The notes under the pieces: generated by a model
Seen by the model: the letters and a program-made list of their open reading frames with translations, nothing else
Databases searched by the model: none
Told to the model about the DNA's origin: nothing
Made by a program: the position numbers and the translations under genes
Shown: positions 12,338 through 25,050 of the stretch, piece by piece
Position numbering within the stretch: the stretch's first letter is position 1
Layout of the letters: each line of letters opens with the position of its first letter
DNA from: Utricularia gibba
Taxonomy: Eukaryota; Plantae; Magnoliophyta
Length of the DNA stretch: 64,000 bases
Reading direction: 5' to 3'
NCBI GenBank assembly: GCA_002189035.1
Contig: CM007992.1
Location: 2,232,001 to 2,296,000, forward strand

Positions 12338-13827
12338 ATGCTCAGGATTTGCAGAATGACATCACTCCTCACTCGCGGCCCTGTTTTCTCGAGCTCCGCC
12401 GCTTCAGTGGGAGATGTTAGACCCCTTAGCTTCTGCTTCCAGCGACCATTTCTACTCTGCCCGTCATCTGGCCAAAAGCCCCGTAAAAATTACAGCTCTC
12501 TTATGCTGCGGTCCAAAATTCACATGGGGTCTAATAGTGCGATCCCTGCGGTTTATTGTCGAAGTCGAGGTTTCCATGTTGAAGGCCGGGCTTCGGGCGA
12601 GATTCACGTTATCGTGGGACCTATGTTCGCTGGGAAAACTACCACCTTACTGAAAAGAATGAAGGCTGAGAGCAGCAATGGCAGGTCCAATTCACAGTGT
12701 TCTGCTTGAGTTTTCTTCATATGCTTTGCTTGATTCAGTTAATTCATTGGCTGTTTCGATTGCTTTTTGTGGGATTCACCATCATGTTTATCGGGATACT
12801 GCAATATAGGAGCTCACAGCAATAGTATGCTGCTGTTATTATTTCAGAGTTTTGGCACTCTCCACTATGTTATGACGGAATGCATTGCGTATGTAAGAAA
12901 AGGGTAGGCAGATGATTTGTGTTTATTGGCGGTTTCTAGAAAAAAAAAATAGAAGAACTGAATCACCAAATGTTGATTCTTTGTAGACTGCTCTAGATAC
13001 TGACATGTTGAAGCTGCCGACTTGAATATTGATAATGTGTTCTCTTGATTGTTCAACTTGGCTTTGCACTGTTCCACGCTTAATCTTATCTCAGCTTACA
13101 ACTTCAGGAGCGTTGCGATAATCAAATCTGACAAGGATACAAGGTATGAAAGAGACTCAATTGTGACACACGATGGCGAGAGTTTGCCCTGCTTGCCATT
13201 AGCAGACCTGCTGTCCTTCAGAGAGAAGCTTGGAATCGAAGCATACGAAAAGGTACCTGCTTTCGAGTGCTGGGGGTTTTATGTGGCCGTAATGTGCCCC
13301 TCAGGTCCCTCGGGTTTCTTCAAATCTTGACTCTTTCTTTCTAACTCGTCCTGATAACTCGATGGCAGTTGGAGGTGATTGGTATTGATGAAGCCCAGTT
13401 CTTTGATGACCTCTATGATTTCTGCTGCAAAGCTGCAGATCTGGATGGGAAGACTGTCATAGTCGCCGGGTTAGATGGCGATTTTCGAAGGTAGCACCTC
13501 CCTTTAGCAATGTACATCGCCATAATTTGCATTAGACTGATATGACCTTCCCTTCGCTTCCCAAGGAGGAGGTTTGGATCAGTTCTGGATGTCATCCCTA
13601 TCGCTGATACGGTCACAAAGTTAACCGCACGATGCGAGGTTTGCGGCGATCGGGCCTTCTTTACGCTGCGCAAGACTGGCGAGACGAAAACCGAACTCAT
13701 CGGCGGGGCTGAGGTGTACATGCCCGTGTGCCGGAAACACTACGTGAATGGGCAGGCAGTTAAAGAAGTTGCAAAGGCTGTGGTGGAGTCGCAGTCAAAG
13801 CAGCCTGTCTCAGCTTCGTTGGTGTGA
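12338..13827 (+). CDS. TK1: Thymidine kinase (TK1 family) with N-terminal extension resembling an organellar transit peptide. Exons 12338-12684, 13108-13252, 13369-13490 and 13566-13827 give 291 aa.
   Basis: P-loop [36 protein letters not shown], and zinc ligands RCEVCG and MPVCRKHY. All introns are GT-AG and the spliced length of 876 nt is in frame. The Ser/Arg-rich N-terminus suggests the TK1b-like organellar form. Confidence 0.95.
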
Positions 13828-14101
13828 TCATTCATCGGCGCCACCGCCGGAATAGGTTCTTGGATGTGAATTTACGATTCAAACCTTAGTCTCAAGATGC
13901 AGCCTTTTATTTTTGTAGTTGCTGTATGTAGAAATTGTGAAAATTGATGATTGCCGGTCAAAGCGTGTGGTTGTTAGTTGTCTCTCGTCTCCAAATCTCA
14001 AGTTCCATTTGCCAACTACGACTCCTTCAACACCCAACGGACAGACAGCCACCTTAAGAGGACTTGAAACAAAAGGCGGCGAATTTGAATAATCGGCGAC
14101 C

Positions 14102-14737
14102 ATGGAGAACAAGCACAAGTTCAAGTTTCTACCGAAGGCTCTATCCTTCCAGAGCCGCCTCTCGCCGGAGAGGAACCCCCACCGCCAACCAGCCCATATC
14201 AGAAACGGGTTCTCCGGACCGATTCCGCCGTTGATACCTCGTCGGAGATCTGCCAGATTAGCGGTGGAGCAAGAACCAACCTCCCCGAAGGTCTCCTGCA
14301 TCGGACGGGTCAGGTCCAGGAAGAAGAAGAAGATGAAGAACAATAACAACAGGAACGGCAGCAGCAATAACAAGAAGAAGGCCTCGTGGATCAATTTGCT
14401 GTTCTGGATAAAAAAGGAGAAGAAGAAACAGGTCTTGGATCAACGTGCCCCACCGCGGCCGCCGCCACCGCAGGATGAGGAGTTCGAGGCGCCCCGCCTG
14501 AGCCAGTTGAAGAAATTCGCCAGCGGCCGTGATACCTTATCCGGATTCGATTGGAGAAACATAGAGACTCGGTCGCCGGAGAGGCAGAGCAACGGAGACG
14601 ATGACGTCATCATCCCGTTCTCGGCGCCGATGCTCGGAAGCCTCCGAGTGGGCTCGGTATCGGAGCCCAGAAATGAAATTAGTTTATGGAAAAGGCGAAC
14701 AATGGCCCAGCCCAAACCTCTTCATTTGAACCCGTGA
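14102..14737 (+). CDS. Intronless uncharacterized plant protein, 211 aa (At1g76070 / syringolide-induced protein 14-1-1-like)
   Basis: Intact ORF with family motifs KFLPKA.SFQ, GFSGPI, EPTSPKVSCIGRVR, LSQLKKFASGRD...FDW, IPFSAP and EISLWKRR. Confidence 0.85.
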   Translation: MENKHKFKFLPKALSFQSRLSPERNPHRQPAHIRNGFSGPIPPLIPRRRSARLAVEQEPTSPKVSCIGRVRSRKKKKMKNNNNRNGSSNNKKKASWINLLFWIKKEKKKQVLDQRAPPRPPPPQDEEFEAPRLSQLKKFASGRDTLSGFDWRNIETRSPERQSNGDDDVIIPFSAPMLGSLRVGSVSEPRNEISLWKRRTMAQPKPLHLNP

Positions 14738-17700
14738 CGCAAATTCCACTGTTTTCTTTTTCTTTTGATAATTAAATGTATTTTTCTTTTCAATGGAAAA
14801 AAATAAAAAAATGAAGCGCCAACGAAATATGGCAATTGTGCGACGTCTTAATGATTATTCGAATGCCCCCCTTTGAAATTCATCAAACTTTGCTGTTATG
14901 AATTATAGTGTTATATAATTAGAAATAAGAAAACTAGTTATTACAATCCACCACATCTTGCATAATGAATTTTCAGTCAAAACGACATCGATTAATCCAT
15001 AACATTGAAATGGAATCAGAGATTTTGGTGAAACACAGATGTTTCACTAGCGGGAGGAGGCATGGTGGTTCTCAATTCTCACCCCCTTATCAACCATGCC
15101 ACAGGTAGCTTCACTATGAAACACCATATTTGTCTGCAACAGTAGCTAGTTTATGATCAGATGAAGCAGGTGAAGTCTTCCGTCCCCACGTAAGTTGATT
15201 CGGGCTCATTAACTCCAATGATGCGGCTGGCTTGAGGGGCTAGCAGGGCTATGAGAGATAATACATTGGCTTCCTTGAACGATATGCAAATCAATTATGA
15301 GGATCCTACTCTCAATATCACTTGATGATGACGTTGGACGAAACATGAGCAAACTGAAGTGTGGGAAGATTTCGGGCTCCCTCGACTTTTTTACCTCTGT
15401 CAGATACCTGAGGTTTACATTTTATCCTATTAATACAGTTTATTTGCATTTTAACTTACTAATAACATTTATTTACAGTTTACTTTTCTTAAAATTTTTT
15501 ATCAAATAGTGTGTTAATTTTTCTTTTTTTATTGCGCATGTGATGAGCAATTCCTTGGGGACTCATCGAAATTGAATTCAAGGGTTTGCAGAGATTGCAC
15601 CTTGGTGAATTCATCCTTGAAGGGAGCACCATTGAGCCATGCTGAATCATTTAAGGCATTATAGAATAGAAATTGATCTTTATTGGAGAAAGATCAATGG
15701 ATAAATAAGAAAGGAGAGCAGCAAACAAACTCACTTACAAAAACCAAGATATAAAAAGTTGGAGGATAATTCAAAATATCCTACTCACACATACCATGGT
15801 TAACACACATGTTTACTTAAAGATTCATAAGATCTTGCTAACTATATATGGAAATCTCAATCGCAATTTGTAAAGAGGTGATAACACATATTTTTTAGTC
15901 AATTTATAAAATTAATGTGTTTGATAATTAAATTGACGTATTTTGATAATATTAGCATTGTTTGTATTTTTATGTACAATGGTGAACGAAACAGATGATT
16001 TGACTCACAATATATACAAAATCATAGGGCACATAGAGGGTACGGTCCCCGAAGAGACGGGGCCGGTGATGTTGTTTTGTCGCCTTCCAGATATAAGAAA
16101 GGAACATGATTGATTATTTCAGATGCCCACAATATCTAGATTTAACTAAATTACGGACATTCAAAATAATGATTATTTTCTGCTTCAAAATGCTACTATT
16201 AATTTTAGTTAGAATTTAAAATATAATTAAGTTGTGATTCTGCATTCTATTAGAACACCACATACAATCTTCTCAATTTCATTATAATTTTTCATTTGAA
16301 TTGTATTTTATATGCATTAAATTTATAAATTTATTTGATATGAAAATTTTTTAAAATTGCACAACTTGAAAATTTTCATTTATAAAGAGTATTGGAATCA
16401 TTGAATAAAAGAATGGATCTAAGCAACCAACCATTTATTAATTCTACTTGTAACATTGTTTTTTAAAATGAGGAAATCCGAAAAACAACTTTTATATCAT
16501 TCAATTCATTTTCAGTGCTTAACATTGCAACGTGTGATCTCTCCAATCGGTATCTATGTAATCGATCATCCCTCTTGATCATTTATTGATCCTGTTTTCT
16601 TTCACACTTCTGCAAATTCCATTGGTTAGTCATGTCAACCAAAAACTCTGTAGTTTTCGGGAGTTTTTCCACCATTCTAAAGGCTTCTAAGTTTTTTAGA
16701 GTTCTATCCATCACATTAACTAGGTTAAGGCATTGAAAAACTGGTAGCACATAGTTTTTAGTGTTTTTAAATTAGAAAATTAGTGGTATTATGCTATTAA
16801 AATAGAATTTTATTAAGTATTTAATATTTTTACAAATGGCAACACGATTTTAATGTTTTATTACAAATTGTAACTAAATCTTTGATTTAAACCATGTTCT
16901 GAAAAATTTTTGAAAACTGTTTTTACTTTTCAAAATTATTTTAGAAAAGTAGAAACAATAATTAAAAGTAACCAACTTTTTCTAAAATAATTTTTGTAGT
17001 ATAAATTTAAAAGTATTTTTGATGGAATTACTTTTACAATTGAAATTATTTTAGAATAAAACTATTTTTATTTTTGAAAAGTATAAATAGATTTAAAAAT
17101 TTCCAAAACACTGCTTCAGTCTCAATTTTAATTTAATCTTTTTAATTAGAGTTATGCAGCATATTTTTAGTAAATCAAACCCCAAGAAGCCAATAGTGCA
17201 TACGACATGAGTAGGAAAATGGAGACAAAATGAGAGATAAAAGATAAAAGGGAAAAAAGATAAATACCAAATCTCTAGAAGATGATAAAAATAAGAGTTT
17301 TGGAAGAAAAGGAGAAGAGAGAATAATATCAGGTATAGCTTGGCAGAACAACAAGAAGGGAGAGGGTTTGGAGAAGAAATTTGAAAAACAATGAAAGAGA
17401 AAGGGGTGAATTTAAGAAATCAGCTCATTTTTGAAGATTTTTTTATGAAGAATATTACTTCTAACATAAACTAAATTACAAGCATTTTAACATTTCATGT
17501 GGAAACTGTTTCCGTTTATGCTATTGTTTATTTCCTTCTTATCAAACTACAACTTGAAAATTATTGATTTTCTTTTATGAAATTGTTTTATTCTTTGCAG
17601 TTAAACACCAAATGATGTCTTGTAGCCAAAAAGAAGTGGGTATGATTATTAATTATTTGACCATACTAACTAGATTATCACATTAATTCATTATCAAATT

Positions 17701-18299
17701 ACAATAGATTTAGGGGGAGAAGAAGTGATTTGTTCATTCTAAGACAAACCTAACTGTACATAGGCTAAGGTCACTAAGAATAAAGGATTTAGATACAATT
17801 GAACATTTTATTTTATTTGATGAATGATTTTTAATTTGGATGAAATATAATAATGATTATACTACTCTTATATGCCTTAAAATATCACATTATTTTTTTT
17901 TCTAAACTGTAATCTGATTTGCATGTTTATTGTTTTTATTATATCTTATCATTAAATTGTGTTAGTCCTAATTTAGATTTAATATTCAATGATGACGAAA
18001 CAAAATAATTAGACTTCACACAACAAATATCTCGCTCTTCATATTCAATTATAATTTATTATTATCGAATTTGATTGATGTTTAATTGAAAATTAAATTT
18101 ATAAATTTATTTGATATTGAGAATTGATAATTGTACAACAACATGCAAAATTTCTCATTTATCAAAAGCTGTAGGTGGAGACCAAAACATTGGTAACTTG
18201 GAAAAACAACAAAAATTGAGGATGCTTTCATAGTATCAGAAATGGATGAAGGTGCATAAAGTTAAAAGAATTATGAGCATTTGCTCATCCTAAGGCTTG

Positions 18300-19200
18300 T
18301 GAGTTGACCTTCATCTACCAACAACCGGCCCTTATCTTCTCTTTATTACTTCTGATAAAAAACTGACGGATTTGACGTAGTTTTCCTTCGGCATGGTATG
18401 GCCATATCTTCACTACCTTGGCAATATGTACCTCTATTTTCAAGAAAGTATCCGATCAACCTCGTACAACGTGACAAGATGACAGGTCAGCATTATCCGA
18501 TGACAACCGTTTTATTATCTTCTCTTTATTACTCGAGAGAGCGGCCCTCTTGTCCGGTTGCTCGTCATAGGCAAAAGGCTTGTAATATCTTCTTGTATCT
18601 GTAACTCTTGTCGGGTTGGTCTTTCAAAGATTTTTATTATCGGTCATTTAGTTGAATCTTCTTGTAGCTGCTCTTGTGAGGCAGGGGCTTATCCCGAAAA
18701 TTACTTGGAAAATTTGGAAATTATTTTCCCTTATCTTGAACACTAGCCTTATCAGCCATAGTCAAAGGTTGGCATAACCTAAGGGTTCAATCTTTTTCAA
18801 AGAAGTAATATTTTCTTAGGTTCCACACGGACCCGATTCAAAAGTTGACATAGGCTGAAGATTCAATCTTTTTCTTACGCGCAGGTGATTGTACACTCGC
18901 GTGGACATGCAAAGAGCGAATAGCCTGATGAGGCATATTATTCAAGAATGACGCATGATGCCCGACAAGGGAAGAGCGTCTCCCTCTCGAGCATCTTCTC
19001 GATATAGGACACTTGGTGTGTTAGATACATCACCTGGGTTAAATGCATTTGGGATCCACATCGTTTCCGCTCCCATCCCGAATATTTTCGTGACCTCAAA
19101 AATGCCTTGAGCTCCTACGATCGATATTCTTACGAACTATGGACTTTTGGGACGAAGATTTCATGAGAATAACGAGATGGAAGAAGAGTAAAATTTAGAG
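18300..19200. mobile_element. Unclassified GC-richer repeat or TE remnant
   Basis: GC-richer island in AT-rich DNA with short internal duplications: CAACCG..TTATCTTCTCTTTATTACT at ~18322 and ~18504, and the AAGATTGAA..TATG.CAAC repeat on the minus strand at ~18780-18870. No recognisable domain. Confidence 0.3.
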
Positions 19201-20749
19201 AAATATAAAATTTATTATAGCAATTACACAACGAATGTCATGGATGAAGATGATTTTTAGTTATTCATACTACTTGTTTTATGTCTTCTTTGGTATATTA
19301 TGAATTTGTTTATGGGTTTTATATTATAGCTTTATTAGTAGCCAAAATTTACGATAATAAAACTATTCAAAAAGACGATCGATTCTGGTATCATCTGGCG
19401 TAGATAAGAACCCATCATCTTGAGTTGCTTTTCACCCTTGAAAACTATAATATCATTTTGGAGAGTTGGATGATAGGGGAGTGTTGGAGACCATCCAACT
19501 TATAGCACCTAACGTAGTTCAGTGGGAAAGAAGATTTCGATTCTCCTATCTCTCCTTTTTCTTTTGCACCGTTATGGGAGAAGCTCATTTTGATTATAAA
19601 TTAGGGTTGCTTAATTTATTTGAGCAGGGTTGAAAAACTTGTTTCATATTGTGTCCTCAATGAGTTTTTGGAGTTGCCAATCATCTTCCTCCTAAATCTA
19701 TCACCATCAACATTCAATGAACATAAAGCGTGTTTGTTTCACCTTTTCTCAATTCCTACACCTTCTATCCACCTCACCCTATGAGTATTTCAAAAGCAAC
19801 CAGTCCTTCATGAACAAAAATGTGAATCTTTTTTTTTTTTTCAACCATTCACAAAAAAAGGAATTGATAAGAATCCCAAAATTAAAAGCATGAATCATTT
19901 CAAGAAAATGTCAATCCTCGACTACCGGGTGTCCATCCTCGAGGGATGGTTTGCAAATCTATTCATCCCTTTGATTTTATACTTTTATATAAATTATAGC
20001 ATAAATTTAAATTATAATATAATCAATATAAAGGTATTTTGTTTATTTATTGAGTGAACAAAATCTTTTTTAAAACTCATATCATTAACCATGTTTTTTT
20101 ATTTGAATCTTCGGCACAATTTAAAAAGTCATAATCCATTTAGGATCTTATGTTTCATAAATGATATCATGAATCTTTATGTAAATTTTGACACGAACAC
20201 GCCTATGTTTGCAAAAATGCCACACAGTAAGCGATGTCCGTGTAGTTTTTTTTATCCAGTTTAAGTTTAGGATTTAGGGTTACACATGCGCGACTTATGC
20301 ATAAACGGTGCTCGTGTGAATATTCATTTTTATATGACACCTTTCGAGATGATCTTAGTGACTCTCGGCCTCACATACACGTTGTTATGCTCTCCACGGA
20401 TAGTCACACATCTATGCTTGCGACAGCCAAATTCAGATATTTACACCCATAAGGATAAAGAACATAGAACAATTCTTCAATTTCTTGACTGTGTATTCAC
20501 GTTGCTTGCTGGGTAGATGCAACTTTGATGTAAAAATACAATATGTATGAAGAGAGTGTAAACAGGTATGAAAGTGAGTTTTTCTTTTCTTCAATTTTGA
20601 AGAATTGAGTTACAGCAAGTTACAGCGAAGAGCTCGTTACTTATAGGGAAATTCATATGCTTTTTTTTTTTTTTTGGACCGTTAGAGACGTGTATGGATG
20701 GCCTTTGCATTAATTCCGTTTCTAGCCATTGCATATCTGTAGATTTCCT

Positions 20750-22480
20750 CTTGGATTTTCTTCTTCATCAATGTGGTTTGCAGTTGATTCTTCTGATTTG
20801 TTTGATTGGAGCAGTTTGCTTGTAATTTCCTTCTCAGGTTGCATCAACAAAGGAGACATAAAATCAGACAAGATTAGACTTGCTCCTATACACATAAGTC
20901 ATGGTTGAGTTTTTGTGACAGTTTCCAATTTGGGTCACTTGAAAACCATTCGAAAAGAAAGTTTACTATAATTTTCTAATTAGGGACATAGAAAATATGT
21001 TTATCATCGTGTAAGGATGTGCTAGAGCTTTTGAATGTGATCTTATATAAATAATACCACACCGGCACAACTTATGCATAAATGTTAGGGAATTTGATAT
21101 GAGCCCGTATGTGGTGAGGGCAGAGTGAGGTGGGGAATCTTCATACGGATGTGGGTTATTGTTAAAACTCAAATTCCTAACTTTACAAACCAAGGCCTTG
21201 ATATCATGTTCCTAGGCAAAGAACATAAGACCCTATTATCTTACTAACTCATGGAAACTATTGTTACAAGACTGAACTCCAAAACTCATATTCATAAGGA
21301 AATTAGGCACATTTCAGTGAACAATAAATTTTCATTTCATTCAAACTATCATACAAGATCAAGGAGGAACACAAGAAAATTATTCACATATCCCATAACA
21401 AAACATGGTGTGAAGCCATGTTTAGTCCTCTCTACAAAACTCTCTAATTAGACACAAGGCTTAAAAAGTACGTGGATACAACCTAGAAATTACAAGAAAC
21501 TCCTTACTCTATGACTTGGACCAGTACCTAGTGTTCTATTTCCATTTTATTTCCCAAAAAAATTAGTGATTAAGACACTGAATACAACATAAAACAATCA
21601 AGAAGAACATGTAATGTAAGCATGTAACTATTTAAAATTCAAGTTAATTTGGAAATAAAAAATAACCAATAACAATGAGCATGCAATGTCACTTAGTTAT
21701 GCTATCATTGAAATGTATGAGTGCACCACTTTAATCTCGGTAACTTCAATCTGGCAATCTTAGACACCAGGATTAAAAGGTTCTTTTCGTTCTGGTATCA
21801 TGAAATCAGTAAAAGAGTGCTATTTCTTTTACCAATTTCACTTGATTGCATTCTCTTTATCTTTTTTTTTTCAATTCCTCAACTTTATACCATTTGGTGT
21901 TTATAACTCTATGAGTAGTTTTCTCAAGCATGATTAACAAAAAAACATATTCGTCCACAATTCCCTCAAAAGTCTTCTACATCGTGTAGTCTCACACTAC
22001 CTTGACTCATAAACATAGCATAACAGCCATGTACACAATAATTATATTTTATGAACTTTTATTTATTCAAAAATTATAAAATATTTTTCAGTTAAAAGCT
22101 ATCAAGCATGGCTTTCTCTATAAAAAAAAAAACTCATCAAAATCCGAGCACCCAATAGAAAATTGCAAAATTTTAAAAGTTAAACTCAGAAATCAATCTT
22201 TGAGATTCAATAGTTTTGAAAGGTTTTAAAAGAAAATTCATAGCTTTCTTCTTCAAACTCCAAACCACGAAATTCTTTTTTGAAACATGACAACACTGAA
22301 CAAAATACAAAACTCATAAGTATCATAGTTCAACAATCATAGTCAATCAATACAAAAAAATTATAAAACATAGAAGCAGTCATATAAGTACAGATTTATA
22401 TGTAAAACATGAAGTAGAAATCAAAACTCATCATTTCGCAATGATTCTCCTTGTTGACAGACTTCCAAGTGTTATCACTT
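20750..22480. mobile_element. Unclassified non-coding retroelement- or TE-like remnant
   Basis: Composition and motifs (e.g. CTCATCAAAATCCGAGC, repeated CATA/AATCA tracts) resemble non-coding parts of plant LTR elements. No termini could be defined. Confidence 0.25.
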
Positions 22481-23805
22481 TTTTTTTTCTGCCTGAAAAT
22501 GCTTCTCCTTCTGATATATTATCTTCCTAATACCAATAAAGCTTATCTATATATCTTGACAATAAAATACATGTTTTCAAATATATTCTCTTTTTTCCTT
22601 CTTTCAATCCAAATGTTGAACATGAAATACCTAATAGTTGACATCACTCATACTTGTGTGCTATTTTTGAATGTGTATGTTTTTCAATTTTTAGTACTAA
22701 TTTAAATAAAAAATAGGTTATATTATTATTTATTTAAAAAAATATTTGGATTTGTAATATTAGAAAATATATTGAAATTCCTATTAAATTTATATATTTT
22801 TTAAAAATTTTATCTCAAAAATATATTTTGTTATTAAATAAATTTTTTTATTATAAACAGTATTTCAGAAATATAATTTCAATACATCAAACGAAATACA
22901 TATAAACAACAATAATTATTTTTTTTAAAAAAGACTATTCAACCAATCTTTATCAAATATGACTAATTTGCTAATATTAATTTTGGAGTGGGTTACTTTG
23001 GTAACACGTGTCTACCACAGAGGACAGTTATATGCTGGCGACTATTCTTGCCTAATCTCTAATGTTACACGAACACCCCTCGATGATTTGAAAGAAAAGT
23101 CGTTGAGAGTCACTAGAGCGGTATCCAAACTCCTTGACTTTTCTAGTTCGGTGTACAGACAAAAGTGGCGGGCCATTTTAAGGTTAAACCATACCGAGAA
23201 CAACTTGGGAGGTGCTTTGGGCTTTATTATGCCCAATTCATTGAACTCCATGGATCATCTAAGCCAAGAATATCTAATGCATGCCCAAACCCATGGATTA
23301 GGCTTCCCAAATCAAGATGGAAGTCCAATGGGCATACATAGCATAGGTAAAGTATAAAAAGAAATCAGATCTAGCCGAGAACAAATTGTTGCGTGCCCTA
23401 AAAAATTAAAAGTACGTGAAAAATACTTTTTTATAAGTACAAAAATTCAAAATGTGTTATGAGCATTAAAAAATCCTTAAGATATTTCCGAAAGCACTAG
23501 CGAATTCTTTCAAGAGAGGCAAACAAAATAATGAAGGTTTCGGAAAGTCAACCCAACATTTTTGGAAGGAAACACTACTAAGCTTTAGAAATTAAATGAG
23601 TTGGAAGAGGAAATGTGGTGAAATAAATATTCAAAATGAAGACAAAAAATTTCTTAAAGCACTTGGGTAATTAAATAGATCAAGTGATATTTTGAGCCCT
23701 TCGTATTCGATCATTTAGTGATACTCAATGATGTTGAAAACCTACATTCACCTCCTCTTCACTCACAATCATACTCCCAAAACTTTCACTCCAATTCTCA
23801 TCACT

Positions 23806-24465
23806 TAGAGTTGTAATCAGTTCGGTTCCGGTTCGAATAGGGAATGCAAGTGTCCGTATGGTTGGAACTATACAGTTTCAGGTTGGTTCAAGATATTTGG
23901 AACTGGCAAACCCTGGTTCCAATCAATGTGGAATCGATGGAACTGAGGGTTCGAAACGGATAAAATGTTAGTTTCATATTTAGATGGTCTCAAAAACTCT
24001 TAATAACGGTTATGGAGCTTGAAAAAACATGTAAAAGAACGATGGGTTTTTCAGATATCCCTAACGCTCATATGAATATCTGAAAAATATTTTGTATTTA
24101 TAAGATTTTTTGTAAACAATCTTAATAATTGTTATGGGAGCCTGAAAATACTCTAAAAAAACAATGCATTTCATGGGCAATCACAATGACTCATGTGAGT
24201 GCTTGAGAATTAATCTCTATTTTTTAGAAATAAAATTTGTTTTATTTCATAATTAATTTTTTATTTTTTATTTTTAAAATCGTGGTTCGAAGTGAAAACA
24301 TCTTGTTCCAATTCTAATTCAGTTTTGGTTTTGAACCGAAATCATGTGGCTCAAGGTTTAAAAATTCAATTTTGAATTGAAATCAAAACTGAAGTCAATA
24401 ATAAACCACAGTTTATGAATGACGGTTTGAAACAACCGTTTGGTTTCGAATCGGTCGCAACTCTA
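23806..24465. mobile_element. Non-autonomous hAT-type element (MITE-like)
   Basis: Inverted ends TAGAGTTG (23806) and CAACTCTA (24465), with many subterminal GGTTC/GAACC repeats. The 8-bp flanks match only partly (TCATCACT / TCAATGAT). Confidence 0.6.
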
Positions 24466-24601
24466 TCAATGATAATTCTCACCTCACAAAAACTACGTCC
24501 CACACACAAGACGCCTGATTTGAATTCCCTCTCTCACTCGACATCAACACCTTGATTCCTCATACGAAGTACTACATTGGGTACTAAACAACCCTGATAC
24601 A

Positions 24602-25050
24602 TGTGGAAACCCACGTGGTTCCATGTACAGGCTGGAAGGTACACATGTTGGGCCTAAGAGAGATGAGGGGCCTGACGGTTATCCCATGATCAGCAGCAGT
24701 TGCAGCAGGCATGATCATGAAGACGTGAGTAGAGCTCACAGGAGGTGGTGTGGGAGAATTCTGTCTGTTACGGGGGTGCTGCTGGTTGGGTGCTATTGTG
24801 TGTCAAACAGAGCATCTTCATCAAGGCTGCAAGGAAGGGTGTAGTAGTTGTTGTGTGTATTGCCTTTCCTATTGTATTGATTACCCGAACATAGTGAAAT
24901 TCTCACTGTTAGGAGTTGCTCTCAACACAAGGAGGTTTCCCCATTATTGGGGTTTTACCTGGCTAAATCGCTGTCTCCTTTCCCTAATTATACTACGCAT
25001 ACAAGGACTACGTGCAGGTGGCTGGGCTATATTTATTTGCTGCGCTTACA
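24602..25050 (+). repeat. 5' LTR of the Tork-like element (449 bp)
   Basis: Direct repeat of 33676-34102. Confidence 0.95.

Noticed and set aside
13879-14715. Minus-strand ORFs overlapping the At1g76070-like gene (also those over TK, the small gene and HIPP)
   Set aside because: Shadow frames of GC-rich coding sequence with no independent motifs.
15050-15720. GC-richer minus-strand patches with faint resemblance to cysteine-rich receptor kinase motifs (DEFTKVQSLQTLEFNFD; RIIGVNEPESTYVGT)
   Set aside because: The motifs fall in different frames and no invariant kinase residues (HRD, DFG, APE) are present. It needs tBLASTx and cannot be supported by eye.
16044-16065. CCCCG-AAGAGA-CGGGG hairpin as a possible Helitron 3' end
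   Set aside because: No CTRR terminus follows at the expected distance and no Helitron 5' end was seen.
22959-23357. 132-aa plus-strand ORF
   Set aside because: No recognisable domain. The GCCCAA/TGGGC-rich composition and the downstream TATA look more like decayed LTR sequence.
24623-24844. Near-identical ORFs at 24623-24844 and 33697-33897
   Set aside because: These are chance frames in the two copies of the Tork LTR, not duplicated genes.
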